Positions 16,977-29,736 of a stretch of 64,000 nucleotides of DNA are shown piece by piece (the first letter of the stretch is position 1; each line of letters begins with the position of its first letter). The notes beneath the pieces were generated by a model that was not told where the DNA came from, ran no database searches, and worked only from the letters and a program-made list of their open reading frames with translations. This DNA comes from the human T2T-CHM13v2.0 reference genome, Homo sapiens. The stretch lies in assembly GCF_009914755.1 (NCBI RefSeq), contig NC_060931.1. One strand, 5' to 3'. A program made the position numbers and the translations under genes.

Positions 16977-17930
16977 GCTTTGTAATATAGTTTGAAGTTA
17001 GGGACTGTAGTGTCTCCACCTTTGTTCTTTCTTTTCAAGATTGCTTTAACTGTTAGCAGTTTCTCTTTAGTTACGTACGTGTTTTAGGATTGTTCTATCT
17101 CTGTAAAAAAATGCCATTCAGGTTAGGATAAAGATAACTTTATATCTATGGATCACTTTGGGCAGTATGGACATTTTAATAATATTAAATCCTCTAATCC
17201 ATGATTGCAGAATGTCTTTCCATTTATTCTTCTGTAATTTATTTAATCAATGTTCTATGATTTTTCAGTACACAAATCTTTTACCTCCTTCTTAAGTATT
17301 TTATTCTTAGGTTTATTTCTAAGCATTTCATTCTTTTAGATGCTATTCTAAATGACATTGTTTTTTCTTAGTTTCCACTTCAGATATTCATTGTTAGTGT
17401 ATAGAGCCACAACTGCTTTTGCATATATATATAAAACTGTTGCAAGTTCCTGTTGAATAGACCCACTTAATTATTATATAATGCCCTTCTGTCTCTTTTG
17501 ACAGTTTTCAATGTAAGATTCATTTTGTTTGATTTAAACACAGTCACCCCTGCTCTCTTTTGTTTACCATTCGCATGGAATATGAGGACAAAATCTAGGC
17601 AGGTCTTATATTTTTATCAATTTAACCACTTTATGTGTTTGCATTGGAGAGTTAAGTCCACTTATGTTTAATTATTGATAGGGAAGTGCTTACTATTGCC
17701 ATTTTGTTGTTCTCTGTCTTGTAGTTCCTTTGTTTTTCTCTTTTATTTTTTGCTGTTTTTAATTGTGTTTGTTGATTTCTTAAATTTTTAGTTATTCTTT
17801 TATTCTTTTCTTTTTTGCTTTTGTGTCTCTCCTATGATATTCTCTTTGTGGTGATTATGAGGCTTATATTATACATCCTAGGGTTATAACAGCTGATAAC
17901 AACTTAACTTCAATCACATACACTACATAT
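16977..17930 (-). mobile_element. L1MA8/9-like element (segment 3, ORF2 with internal deletion at ~17435)
   Basis: ORF2 continues (KNKGGDTTVPNFKLYYKA), then jumps to EN-region sequence. Confidence 0.7.
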
Positions 17931-17959
17931 TTATATTTCCCAATTCACATACACACATA

Positions 17960-20580
17960 TAATTCCTTAATCCAACTTAAATTTGTAAATTTGGTGAATT
18001 ATGTATCTGTTTACTTACATTTCTTCTCAGGTAAGTAACAAATTGCCTCAGAACTATTTATGTAAAATTTACCCTTTTCCCCTATAAATATAAAATGCTA
18101 TCTATCATAAATAATATTTTCATGTGTTTGTAGATTAATGTTTAGGTTTTAAATTTTCTCATTGCTTTTTGCTTGTTTCCTTGTTTGTTTATCTATGAGA
18201 CAATGCCAACCTGCCTTAATTATTCTGGCTGTGTAACTCCTGATATCTGGTTGGATCTTCTGTGCTGCCTAAAGAATTATTATCTGTCTTTACTGCTGTA
18301 TATAGTATAGAATATATTTTAAAATCTATTAGTTTTTTTACCTCTTGAGTTTTTATTTTTTAAATTAAGCTAAAGATATAATTGAATTTTGTGAGAATTG
18401 TATCTTTTATTATATATGTGAATATGTATGTTGTTTATTAAACTCTTATTTAAATACAATTTTATGTATGTTTATATTTTCCATCTTACAATGGATTTTT
18501 CCCCAGGTATCTTTTTATTATTTATATTACAAATAATATTTTAATGGCATATTCTAACCACTCATGCCTTTGTGAAATGCAGCTGATTTGTGTATGAATC
18601 TTATATCTAGATATCTTGCTAAACTCATAATTCTCTCTCTCCCTCCTTCTCTTTTTGTCACTTTCTCTCTCCTCTCTTTCTCATATGTACCCACACATGT
18701 CCTAGTTGTTTTGAAGAATTTTGCTGGTACTATTCTCAGTGGGATTTCTTGCTTTGATGTAGGCCGACTCATGGATTTATCTTTTGGCTTGTCAATTTGT
18801 AAATTCAAATTTAGAATCATTCTACAGATTGTTTGATATTCTATGTATAAATGGATATTCTCTACAAAAAAATATAATTTTCATTATTTGACTTTTGCTT
18901 TTTAATAATATGATCTAATTACATTGATTATTGCTTTCTGATAATAATCCCTTTATTTTCTCCTGCTTATTGCATAAATATTATCTTTCAGTATGATAAA
19001 AAAAAATTTTTGCAACTTTATTGATTATATTATTAAATCTTCTGACATCTACTTTGTCTACTTATTATAAGAAAGTGAATAAAGCCTTATTAAATTAACA
19101 CACAGTTATGCTTCCAACATTTTCTTGCATTTTTAAATATTTCTTTATTTTTTAAAGAATCTAAACCATAATGCTTTACAAATATATTTTTAATACTTTG
19201 CACTTCTTATGAATACAAAATTACCTTCTTTCTCATTTAGTGCTTTTTAATGTGTTTACTACTTTATGTAAAATTAACCATGTTATTATTTTCATTTGAT
19301 TTGAATTTATTCGATAAAACTATATAATTCTTCTCATTTTTAAATTTCTAAGAAAGTTTCAGTCTTCACTCACATAAGCAGCAAAGATTTCTAAGATTAT
19401 TTTATGACAGAGGAAAAATAAATATTTGTGTTTATTACCATAATATATATGTTTACTTGTATTTACTTTGAGCAAAACCTTTTCTAATTTTCATACTTTC
19501 TTCTTTTACTTTTTCAAAAATTTAAAACTTTTGCTATATATTCAATGCTTTTAATGTTATGTTAATGTTTACTAGTTATTATTTTACAAATACTTCCTCT
19601 TAAAAGTTTTTTTAAAAGGTTTTTAACATTTATTATTCTATATAACAACTTAGGATGACAAATAAAAAAAGTATTTGCTATATTTTTATTTTCCACCCAC
19701 TCTTGCATACATGGGTTTTTGTAAGTGTAATATATATCTTAATATCCCGCTTATCTTGAAGTCATTTACATTTAACATATTCTCATAATAGTAAAGTTGA
19801 CATTATCTCTCAGATTTGTAACATATTAAAGCACTTTTAGATGTAATTTTTATTATTATTTTTAATGCTTACCATGTATTCAGATACACTAATTTTATAT
19901 TCTTGTGTTTCTATTTTAATTAAACTGTTAGTTGATTGAGTTATTTTTTAACCATTTTGTCCAAACATATGCATGTTTAGGAAGGTTTCTGAGCCCTTGA
20001 GCATTTTCAGAATGTTTTTCTCTTTTCTTTCAAATATCAAAACCATGTAGATTATTATAAAATTTGAAAAACACTAACAATTATCTCTCAAACCTCTATA
20101 GACACTGTCAGATCAGGAATAATCTACTGCAAATAGAAAACCAAAAACAGCTTGATTTTTGTTTTTTTGAGGAAATTTGGGTAAGTATAGAATTATTTTC
20201 ATTAACCTATTATGGACAGTTTAAGATAACTTTTCCTGGTGTCTCTTTTCATTAACTCAACTAACGTTTAATAAGCTCTCTTTTTCTACATAGGTATAAT
20301 TTTTAAGCCTCAGGAGAAATTATTTTAAATTATTTTATCTTTGATTGTAAATCTTGTTCTAGTTGTTGCCCTTTTATAATCAGAAAAGTATTTAATTCAT
20401 AGTTTGGCTTCTGTCCACTGTCACCTGTATCCTTTTATAGATGACAAGGTTTTCATTTTTTTTAAATATTTTTCTGATCTATAAAGTAAAGATATTTCAC
20501 AGGCCTACAATTTATTAAAATCCTGAATACCATAAGATATTCCCTTTGTTCTCCTAGAATATTCTTTATAGAACCCATGT
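17960..20580 (-). mobile_element. Highly decayed ancient L1M fragments
   Basis: Patchy L1 ORF2/ORF1-like antisense T-rich sequence, e.g. 'gatttgtgtatgaatcttatatctagatatcttgctaaactc'. Confidence 0.45.
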
Positions 20581-20584
20581 GTGG

Positions 20585-20660
20585 TTTTTCTTTTCTCTTT
20601 CTTTCTTTTTCTCTCTTCCTTCCTTTCCTTTCTTCTTTTTTTTCTTTCTTTCTTTTTCTT
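20585..20660. repeat. CT-rich polypyrimidine tract
   Basis: About 75 nt composed only of C and T. Confidence 0.9.
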
Positions 20661-20690
20661 ATTGGTTTATATGTAATTCAAAGAGATGAC

Positions 20691-20826
20691 ATTTATGTAG
20701 ACCTGTGCCACTAGTCACATACAGCCATTTAACTAAATTTAAATTTAGTTAAATTTAAATTTAAATACAGCCATTTAAATTTAGTTAAATGGCTGTATGT
20801 GACTAGTAGCACAGGTCTACATAAAT
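20691..20826. repeat. Inverted repeat, 54-bp arms (53/54 match), 28-nt spacer
   Basis: 20691-20744 is the reverse complement of 20773-20826 with one mismatch. Confidence 0.95.
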
Positions 20827-20893
20827 TAAATTCGTTAAATTAAATTAAAAAGTAAATTTCTCTGTCACACTAAACACATTTCCCATACTTAAT
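20698..20893. mobile_element. MER33/MER3-like hAT-Charlie fragment, rearranged
   Basis: 'ccactagtcacatacagccatttaa...aaattaaaaagtaaatttctctgtcacactaaacacattt' resembles the MER33 consensus. Confidence 0.6.
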
Positions 20894-21038
20894 GACGCCT
20901 TTGAGTTACAAATCTTTGAGACTGTCGATTTTGTCAGTTGGAGGCTCTGGTAAAGAATCTACCTGGAGGAACACTTTGAGTTTTGTACCCATTGCCTTCC
21001 TGACATAGCTAATAGTTACACGATCTTTGAAAACTTTG

Positions 21039-21940
21039 CATCCGAAAAGAGACTAATATCCAGAATCTACAAAGAACATAAACAACTCAAAGGAAAAATA
21101 ACCCCATTAAAAATTGGGCAAAGGACATAAACAGACATTTTTCAAAACGTGACATACAAATGAGCAAGGAGCATATGAAAAAATGCTCAACATCACTAAT
21201 CATCAGAGAAATGCAAATTGATATCACATGAGATATCATTTTACACTTGTCAAAATGGCTATTGTTAAAGTCTCAAAAATAACAGATGTTGATGAGGATG
21301 CAGAGAAAGGGAAGGGTTTTATACACTGTTGGTGGGAATGTAAATTAGTACAACCTCTATGGAAAACAGTATGGAGATTTCTCAAAGAAATAAAAATAGA
21401 ACTTTCATTCCATCCAATATTCCCATTCTTGGGTATCTACCCAAAGGAAAAGAAATAATTGTATCAAAAAGAGACCTGCATTCATGTTTTTTACAGTATA
21501 TTCACAATAGCAAAGATATGGAATCAAACTAAGTGTTCATCAATGGATGACTGGATAAAGAAAATGTGGCATATATATACAATTGAGAACTATTCAGTCA
21601 TAAGGAAGAATGAAAACACGTGTTTTGCAGCAATGGGGATGGCACTGAAGGCCATTATCTTAACTGAAATAACTTAGACACAGTAAGTCCAATACAATAT
21701 GTTGTCCCTTATATATGGAAGCTAAAAAGTGTGTACCCAATGGGTATAGAAAGTGGAATAATAGACAATGGAGATTTAGATGAGTGGGAGCGTGGAAGGG
21801 GGGTGAGAGATTAGAAATTAGTTAATGTCTACAATATATATCATTTAGGTAATTGTTACACTAAAAGCCCAAACTTCAACACTATGTAATATATTCATGT
21901 AACAAAACTGTACTTATACCCCTGAAATTTATACAAAAAA
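21039..21940 (+). mobile_element. 5'-truncated L1PB4-like element
   Basis: ORF2 C-terminus ([17 protein letters not shown]) and L1PB4-type 3'UTR ending 'cccctgaaatttatacaaaaaa'. Confidence 0.85.
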
Positions 21941-23559
21941 GTAAGGACCCTATTACAATTGATACTGGGCTCTTGTCACCACTGAATGTATGACCCATAG
22001 AGGCCTTATTAATAATGTTGACCCTGATGTTCCTAATTTGGTGTTGGTCAACTCAGAATGAATGATTACCAAGGAAGGAAGGGCCCAATAATCTTCCCCT
22101 GCTCAGTGAAAATGGTATATTCAGTATCATAGCTGGCTTAGCTTCAGCAGCATCTTGACCTCACGTGAAAAGGTGGCAGCTATGTTTTTATGAGAAAATA
22201 TGGCCGTTACTCTATTGTCTGAAGTAAAGCCAGTGGATCAATGGGAACAAAAGCTGATTCCATTGTCACTAAGTGAAAGGCCACATTCCATGGGCCTGCC
22301 CCTGTCTAGTCCTAGAAGATTGACTTTCTTAGCAGATTGACTACAACAGACCTTTGATATTTACTTGTGACTATCAAAAATTCAAAAAATTATCTGACAT
22401 TCCTGGGAAACATTGTTCTTTCCTCCTCCTAACAAGAACCCCAGGTTGGCCTGATTCATATCCTGTCTGAGTAATAACCTAGCAAAATGGAGCCTAGATA
22501 ATCAAAAATTAATTTTAGGGCAGCCACCTTGATTGTCCTGTTGAATTCGTATAGTAGCAAGTCATAAGTATAATGACCCGTTGGTTAAGCACACTGCTCT
22601 CAAAGTCAAAGAGAGGGACACTTTGGCCCTCTGTGAGTTTTCAAACAATATCTTTGCCCCTCAAATCTAACTCTACTATATAAAAGCAATGGGTGTGTGC
22701 AGAAGATGGTTGCAACTGTGAAGTTCCACTTCATGGAATTAGAAACAATTTTGGGGTATCGGTAGGAAAGCAACCACTCTGGCCATTGAGAAGGCAAACC
22801 GTCCGGCCTTTGAGGTGTAGACGGGGAAGGCACATTAATAATAGTTAGAGCTGCCCTGGCTCCTTCCACACCAAGAAAAATATCTTGGTAAGGACAAAAC
22901 AAACTGTTGCATCTACTTTAAACAGGCTGCTGGGTCAGTTATGCTAACCAAACAACTCGAATCACAATTTATCTACCTTTTCTTCTAATGACATTAAAAG
23001 TCTATCTCAAGCAACAGGGAATGATTCCAACTTTTGTACCTCCCAAAGAAAAGTCTTGTCAACACCTCTGTAAGTCCACCATCCATGTTCTCAGTCATTG
23101 CATGAGGCAAATGAATAGTACCCAATGTTGACATAAACATACAAGACAGATTAAACTGTCTGCCTTCAGAGTCTTTCCAAAATCAGGGACTAAACTCCAT
23201 CCTAAGCCCTAAAAGTGGCCCTGGAAGACACATTAGAGAAAGTGTCAACTTGTGCCCAATGCTGACTGTTGGAGGTTCCATGAGCAGGACCTCAACAACT
23301 GAAATATATCTTTTCTCTCCTGAGACAACATATGCATATGCATATATGTATAGTCCTTGTGTAAAAGCTAGAGATTAACTTGATTCACTTACAAAAACAT
23401 TGTGATTTGAGTCTTGGAAGTGGTGATGAGCCCTTCAAATCTCTAAGGAAACACCACCAGTAAACTATAAGTCTAATGAATTTTCTCCAAAATGAGGCTG
23501 CCTTTAGTTTTCCAAGGTAGTGTTTTAGAGGCATAACTAACTCCTTATGTATTTGATGC

Positions 23560-23995
23560 TTTTGGCTGTTATTCCCACAATATGAGTCAGCAAATTAGAA
23601 AAAGTAGTATAGTATTTGTTAGAATGTAGCTGAAGTAAGAAATAAAATTATCACAGAACTGGGAGGAATTCATCTTGGCCTCAACTCACTGACTAGGGAT
23701 GTTAGGGATACTGGAATTGCTGTAGATTTCCTCCTTATTGGTCAATGTGGAGCCTGTGCAATTGCTAATATATCCTACTTTATATGGATGAATGACTCAG
23801 GATAAATGGAAATGCCTATTTAGAACCTTAAGGAAGAAGACTTCTGGCTCTCTAAAATAGACTGCAATCATTTATGGGTTTGTTTAGCTGCTTGGATCTA
23901 GGACGTGAGCAGGCATGTTTGAGGTCAATACCACCGACTGACTTCATTTTAACATGTGGAGTCCTGCTGATAGTATTCTTAATTAAAAGCTATAT
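23560..23995 (+). pseudogene. env: Decayed retroviral env TM subunit (ISD, CX6CC and transmembrane remnants)
   Basis: Frame from 23680 reads LNSLTRDVRDTGIAVDFLLIGQCGACAIANISYFIWMNDSG*, then KEEDFWLSKID; hydrophobic FILTCGVLLIVFLIK follows at ~23943. Confidence 0.7.
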
Positions 23996-24113
23996 GTGGC
24001 AAGTTGAATGAATTTAGTTTTAACCTCTGTTGGTCACATAATCCAGTGGCCAACAGAATGTATACTCACAAAAAATATTTTACAGAAGCAGAGGCAGTTT
24101 AAAAATGAATGGG

Positions 24114-24225
24114 TGTTGTTCAAGACAAATATCCATGTATTTCTTGCATTTTTGCATGCCTAATTAAAAATGGCATAGTTTTCTTTGTTGCAGATTATTT
24201 CAAGAATGTATGTGCAAAAAGGGGC
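24114..24225 (+). mobile_element. LTR40-like 3' LTR, 5' portion
   Basis: Starts with TG after a purine-rich tract; 'tgttgttcaagacaaatatccatgtatttcttgcatttttgcatg' resembles LTR40. Confidence 0.55.
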
Positions 24226-24688
24226 TGTAGCCAGTGTCTTCAGTAACAAATTACCAAAAACCGGGTGGCTTAAAATAACAGAAATTTACTGCCTCACAGT
24301 TCTGGGAGCCAGAAGTCTGAAATCAGGTTGTGAGAACTTTCACAAATCCTTTTGAGGCTTTAGGGGAGAATCTGTTTTTTGTCTCTTCCAACTTCTAGTG
24401 GGCTGTAAGACATTATTTGATTTGTGGTTGCATTACTCTAATCTCTGTCTCCAATATCACATTTCCTCCTCCTCTTCTGGCTGTGTAAAATCTCCCTCTG
24501 CCTCTATTCTATAAAGATATTTGTTACGGTGTTTATTGCCATCTAAAATTATCTGAGGTAATCACCTCTTCATAAGATGCTTAATTTAATCACATCTGCA
24601 AGTAGTCTTTTTACAAAATGTGGTAACACTTACAAGTTTCAGGGATTAAGACTTGATATCTTTGTTGACTATTTTCCAACCTGCTACA
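24226..24688 (-). mobile_element. MLT1 (C/D-like) MaLR solo LTR
   Basis: TG...CA termini, perfect 5-bp TSD ggggc (24221-24225, 24689-24693), typical MLT1 motifs. Confidence 0.88.
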
Positions 24689-25792
24689 GGGGCATATTGT
24701 AGCTTTCTTTAAGGATCAACTCGGATAATTTAGGTGAAACACTTAACAAACTCTGAAATTATATAGGTATGTAATGTATAATTTAAATAGTCTGTCAATT
24801 CCTGACATCCACTATCCACTATTCTCATGGCTAATGCAATCTTCGTTATATATGATTTCTCACATATAAGGTCCATGATAAATTAGTAATTTATACATTT
24901 GTATTAGGTGATTATAATATTATTTCCATCCACTCTTCTTAAGAGCTTTTCGTCAGATGTGATAAACACTATAAACACTTGTTAATCAACCATCTGTCTG
25001 ATGTTTGGTGCTCATAGATATTTGGAAGATAAAATTGACCACACTCAATATCCTGTCCTCGTAGTATTACTTTTCTTGTACTAGATTAGCAACCATTGTA
25101 ACTCAAACTAAAGATTGTCCCTAAATACATCCACTATCGAATGTGGCTTGGATTAAATTAAGTTTCCCGTATTTTGTCGTTGGTTGACATGGTTATCTCT
25201 GTCTCTAGTTTCTATTAAAGAGAGGAAGATATAACAGAATATTTCAAAGTTCATCTTGTTCTTAAATTGGTCCTCTGTTCAGGCTTTTATTACTAAGACA
25301 AAAAAACATGATGCTTTTAATGCATTCCTGGATTCTGCTTTCCTGATGATTTTATATAATTTAACATTTATTTTTCATATTTGGGAGTAAGTGTTTAGTC
25401 CTTGAACTTTCTTCCCAGTTGAAAGAAAAAAAAAATATCAGTGTTGAGACCTTGCCATCTTTAGTGGTGCATACCAGTTAAAAATAAATGTAAAATAGTG
25501 TGCCACCCTGTTTATAGGAATATTGTGCAGAGAAAAAGATAATGCTGTAAAATATTTCACATCATTTCTGGGGATTAAAATATAAAGAGAGTAATAGAAA
25601 TGAAAGACACACATGACAAACCATTTAGAATGAAATTCAATATTTTCAACACTATTGGGGTCTATTTATACATAAGATATTTGTTGGGCTAAACAGCTGA
25701 GGATTGATAAACTTATCTTTTGTATAAAGAATTGCTCTTTTAAAAATCCTTTCTCATGACTTAAGAAAAAATCTGTAATAATAACTCTAGTG

Positions 25793-25985
25793 CAGTGGTT
25801 CCCAAAACACACGTATGGTCAGAATTAAGATATTTTTAAATGATAATTTCTATGCTTCACTTCATGGAATTTTTATGTAAACCATAGAACCTGGAAAGTG
25901 GCATAGTTTAGACATAATATTTGTGCTTTTTGAAAACCTCAGCAGGTCATTCTGATAAGCAACCATGCTTGGTAACATAACCGTT
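25793..25985. mobile_element. MER5-like hAT-Charlie element
   Basis: 'cagtggttcccaaa...gcaggtcattctgataagcaaccatgcttgg'. Confidence 0.55.
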
Positions 25986-26092
25986 GTGAACAGTGAAGTG
26001 TTCTAAACATTTAGTTCTGCTAAACTTTTCCTCAGTTTTATAGGAATACTATGAAAATATCAATATGGAAAAGTAATTTGTGGCTATTTTTT

Positions 26093-26454
26093 AAAAATTT
26101 TATTTCAGTAGTTTTTGAGGAACAGGTGGTTTTTGGTGACATGAATAAGTTCTTTAGTGATTTCTCAGATTTTGGTGCACCCATAGCCAGAGCAGTGTAC
26201 ACTGTACCCAATACGTATTTTCTTATCCCTCACCCCCAACTCTTTCCCTCAAGTCCCCAAAGTCCATTATATCATTCTTATGCCTTTGATTCTCATGGCT
26301 TTTCTTCCACTTATAAGTGAGAACACATGATATTTTGTTTCCCGTTCCCAAGCTACTTCACTTAGAATAATGATCTCCAACTCCATCCAAGTTGACCAAA
26401 GGCCATTATTTTGTTCCGTTTTATGGCCGAGTAGTATTTCATGGTGTGTATGTA

Positions 26455-26506
<52 letters not shown>

Positions 26507-26543
26507 AAATATATATATATATTTTATATATATATATATATTT

Positions 26544-26575
<32 letters not shown>

Positions 26576-27530
26576 ACCATATTTTCTCTATCCACTCATT
26601 TGTTGATGAGCATTTAGGTTTGTTCCATATTTTTGCAATAGTTTTGCTATAAACATGTGCATGCATGTGTCTTTTTCACACAATGACTTACTTTCCTTTG
26701 GGCACACACCCAGTAGTGGGATTGCTGGAATGAATCTGTAGATCTACTTTTAGTCCTTTAAGGAATCTCCACACTGTTTTCCATAGCAGTTGTACTAGTT
26801 TACATTGCTACCAGCAGCGTAGAAGTGTTTTCCTTTTCACTACATCCATGCCAACATCTATTATTTTTTGATATTTTAATTATGGCCATTCTTGCAGGAG
26901 TAAAGTGGTATCACATTGTGGTTTTAATTTACATTTCTCTGATAATTAGTGATGTTGAGTATATTTCCATATGTTTCTTGGCTCTTTGTATACCTTCTTT
27001 GGAGAATTGTCTGTTCATGTCCTTTGCCCACTTTTTGATTTGATCATTGGTTTTTTTCTTGCTGATTTGCTTCAGTTCCTGGATTCTGGATACTAGTCTT
27101 TTGTTGGATGCATAGTTTGTGAAGATTCTCTCCTACTCTGTGAGCTGTCTGTTTACTCTGCTGATTATTTCTTTTGCTGTGCAGAAGCTTTTTAATTAGG
27201 TCCCATTTATTAATTTTTGTTTATGTTGCATTTGTTTTTGGGTTCACAGTCATAAAGTGTTTGCCTAAGCCAATGTCTACAAGGGTTTTTCCAATGTTAT
27301 CTTCTAGAATATTTATGGTTTCAGGTCTTAGATTTAAGTCTTTGATCCATCTTGAGTTCATTTTTGTATAAGGTGAAAGATAAGTTTCGTTCTTCTATTT
27401 GTGGCTTGCCAGTTATCCCCGGACCATTTACTTAATAGGGTGTCATTTCCCCACTTTATGTTTTTGAATGCTTGTCAAAGATCATTTGGCTGTATTTGAC
27501 TTTTACTCTGGGTTATCTATTTTCATCCAT
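26093..27530 (-). mobile_element. 5'-truncated L1PB1-like element
   Basis: L1PB1-type 3' end 'gaacaggtggtttttggtgacatgaataagttctttag'. Probable TSD tggcta(c)tttttt at 26081 and 27531. Confidence 0.85.
26446..26576. repeat. Compound (TG)n/(TA)n microsatellite
   Basis: Seen directly. Confidence 0.95.
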
Positions 27531-29084
27531 TGGCTACTTTTTTAATAAGGGAATATCTTTAATTGGACTATATTTTTATCCATCTTGGTCTGCAAACACA
27601 CTATATTGAATAGTAGATAAAGCATAGCCAAGAAGCAAGCAAAACTTGCTCACAGTAGATCAGCTCTGGACAGACATCCTCCAGAGATCATGGAATTATG
27701 AACTTAATAGAATCATTCTAGATGTTCTTATACTGACTAGTTCAAACTAGTGTTTTCTTTAATCTTTATAGTTGTTATGATCATTATGAGTTTGAGTAGT
27801 ATATGATGTGGTCTGTTATGACGGATTTGAATCCCAATGAACCGCAAACTCAGAATGAATCTGAACCCAAGATGTGCATTAGGGCAATATATTGAATACA
27901 GGAAATCAACTAGAAGGGCTGTGAGAGTTTCACAAAAGTAGATGGAGCCCTCCCCAAGTGCAAGTTAGCATTCTGCTAAAGATTGTATCCAAGGCAGGAG
28001 AACTGATAAAAATTACTGTAGGAAATTCTGCATCATGATCAAGCTCAAAGCATTAGATGCCAACTCTGGGGACAAGTTAAGAGTGCTAAGAAATCTCTCT
28101 GTGACCTCCAGGCACTTACTATCTCCACACTAGAGGACTTCCAAAGACTGAGGAAAGGATGACAGAAAAATTTCTCTGGAGTTTCAAGGACATCTCCAAG
28201 TATACAACAGGTGTTTTCCAAAGGCTGGTAGCAGAGTAGCAGGAGAATAGACATCATCTGAAAGCAGAAAACTAGGAAGCAAATTGACTGACCAAAAAGT
28301 TGACAATCTTTAAAGCAGACAGAACCCTTCCATGGTTTGCAGAGCTAGAAGATCAGCTATATAAAGATACCCTGACTCTCACGCATACGCAGACCTCAAG
28401 CCCCGCTGCAGAGAAAAATCTATCACACTAATAAAATTATTTAGAGCAATGGTAAAATAATGCAAGTAAAGCTGCAATAAAGCCTAGACCCAAATCAACC
28501 TCAGATTGGATTTACTCAACTTTCTAAATTAACTCTCTAACAGAAGAATAGGTAAATATTTAGTGGTAAATAATATTTTCTATTCTCTCTCCTGTTCTTT
28601 CACAGACCATGTCTGTATAACCAAAAATGATAAAAAATTATAACACATGTAAAAATGCAACAAAATATGAACATTATGCAAAAGAAAAAAATGCAGACAT
28701 GGCCCAGAAGTTAAATTGATCAAGTAAGGCATTTAAAATCACTATGATCAATATACTAAAGGATTTAATAAAAGAGATAGAAAATATGTTTACATAGATG
28801 AAAATTGAAACAAATATTGTAAATTTTACAATGAAAAATATGTCAGAAATTATCACCACTGTCTTTCAGCATACTGAAAGGAAAAAAAAAAACCCTGTTA
28901 ACTTGAAGGAGGATGAATAGAAATTAACCAAATCCCAATATTAATAGATAAAACCAAGTAGCTGAGATATGTGGAACAATATTTAATAGACTAACAAGTG
29001 GGCAATGAGGGCTCCAGAGAAAGAGAGAGGGAACTTGGGCAAAATAATTATTTGAAAAGAAAACAATCAAAATTTCAATGAACA

Positions 29085-29377
29085 GGCTGAGCACAGTGGC
29101 TCATGCCTATAATCTCAAACACTTTGGGAGGCCAAGGCAGGCAGATCACTTGAGGTCAGGAGTTCAAGACCAGTCTGGGAAACACAGCGAGACCCGGCAT
29201 CTAATAAAAATACAACAAATCAGGCAGGTATGGTGGCATATGCCTGCAATCCCAGATACTAGGGAGGCTAAGGCATGAGAATCACTTGACCCAGGAGACA
29301 GAGGTTGCAGTGAGCCGAGATCATGCTACTGCACTCCAGCCTAGGTGACAGAGCAAGACTCTGTCTCAAAAAAAAAA
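29085..29377 (+). mobile_element. Alu (AluSz/Sx-like)
   Basis: Dimeric Alu with A tail; TSD aaaatttcaatgaaca / aaaatttcaacaaatg. Confidence 0.95.
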
Positions 29378-29736
29378 AAAATTTCAACAAATGGCATAGG
29401 AGATAAATAGCAAGAAAACAAACCACACCTAGCAACATCATGATAAACTGGCTAAATAGAAAAAAAAAAGAGAAAAAAGTTTAACAGCAGCTACAGCACA
29501 GACACATTAAGTACAATAGGAATTAAAGCTGGGTTTTAGTCAGAAAAGTGGGGTACAGGAGAAAATGAAATGGCATGTTTAAAGTGCTCAAAGAAAAGAA
29601 GTCAGTCTAAAATTTTGTACATATTGAACATATGATTTAAAAACAAATGTTAAATAAAGACATTTGCAAAAAGACAAAGCTGAAAAAGTTAGAATCTAGC
29701 AGCCCTGCAATGCAAGAAATGCTGCAAATGGAGTTT

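Larger units (their letters stand above)
20895..24113 (+). mobile_element. Class III ERV internal remnant (HERVL40-like): pol, integrase and env fragments; interrupted by L1PB4
   Basis: Decayed ERVL pol peptides (LPDIANSYTIFE ~20995; WALVTTE ~21966; KWYIQ ~22110; QIDY ~22333) and an env TM-like peptide at 23641-23805. Confidence 0.7.

Noticed and set aside
23560-23995. Domesticated syncytin-like env gene
   Set aside because: Multiple stops and frameshifts, and the CX6CC cysteines are lost.
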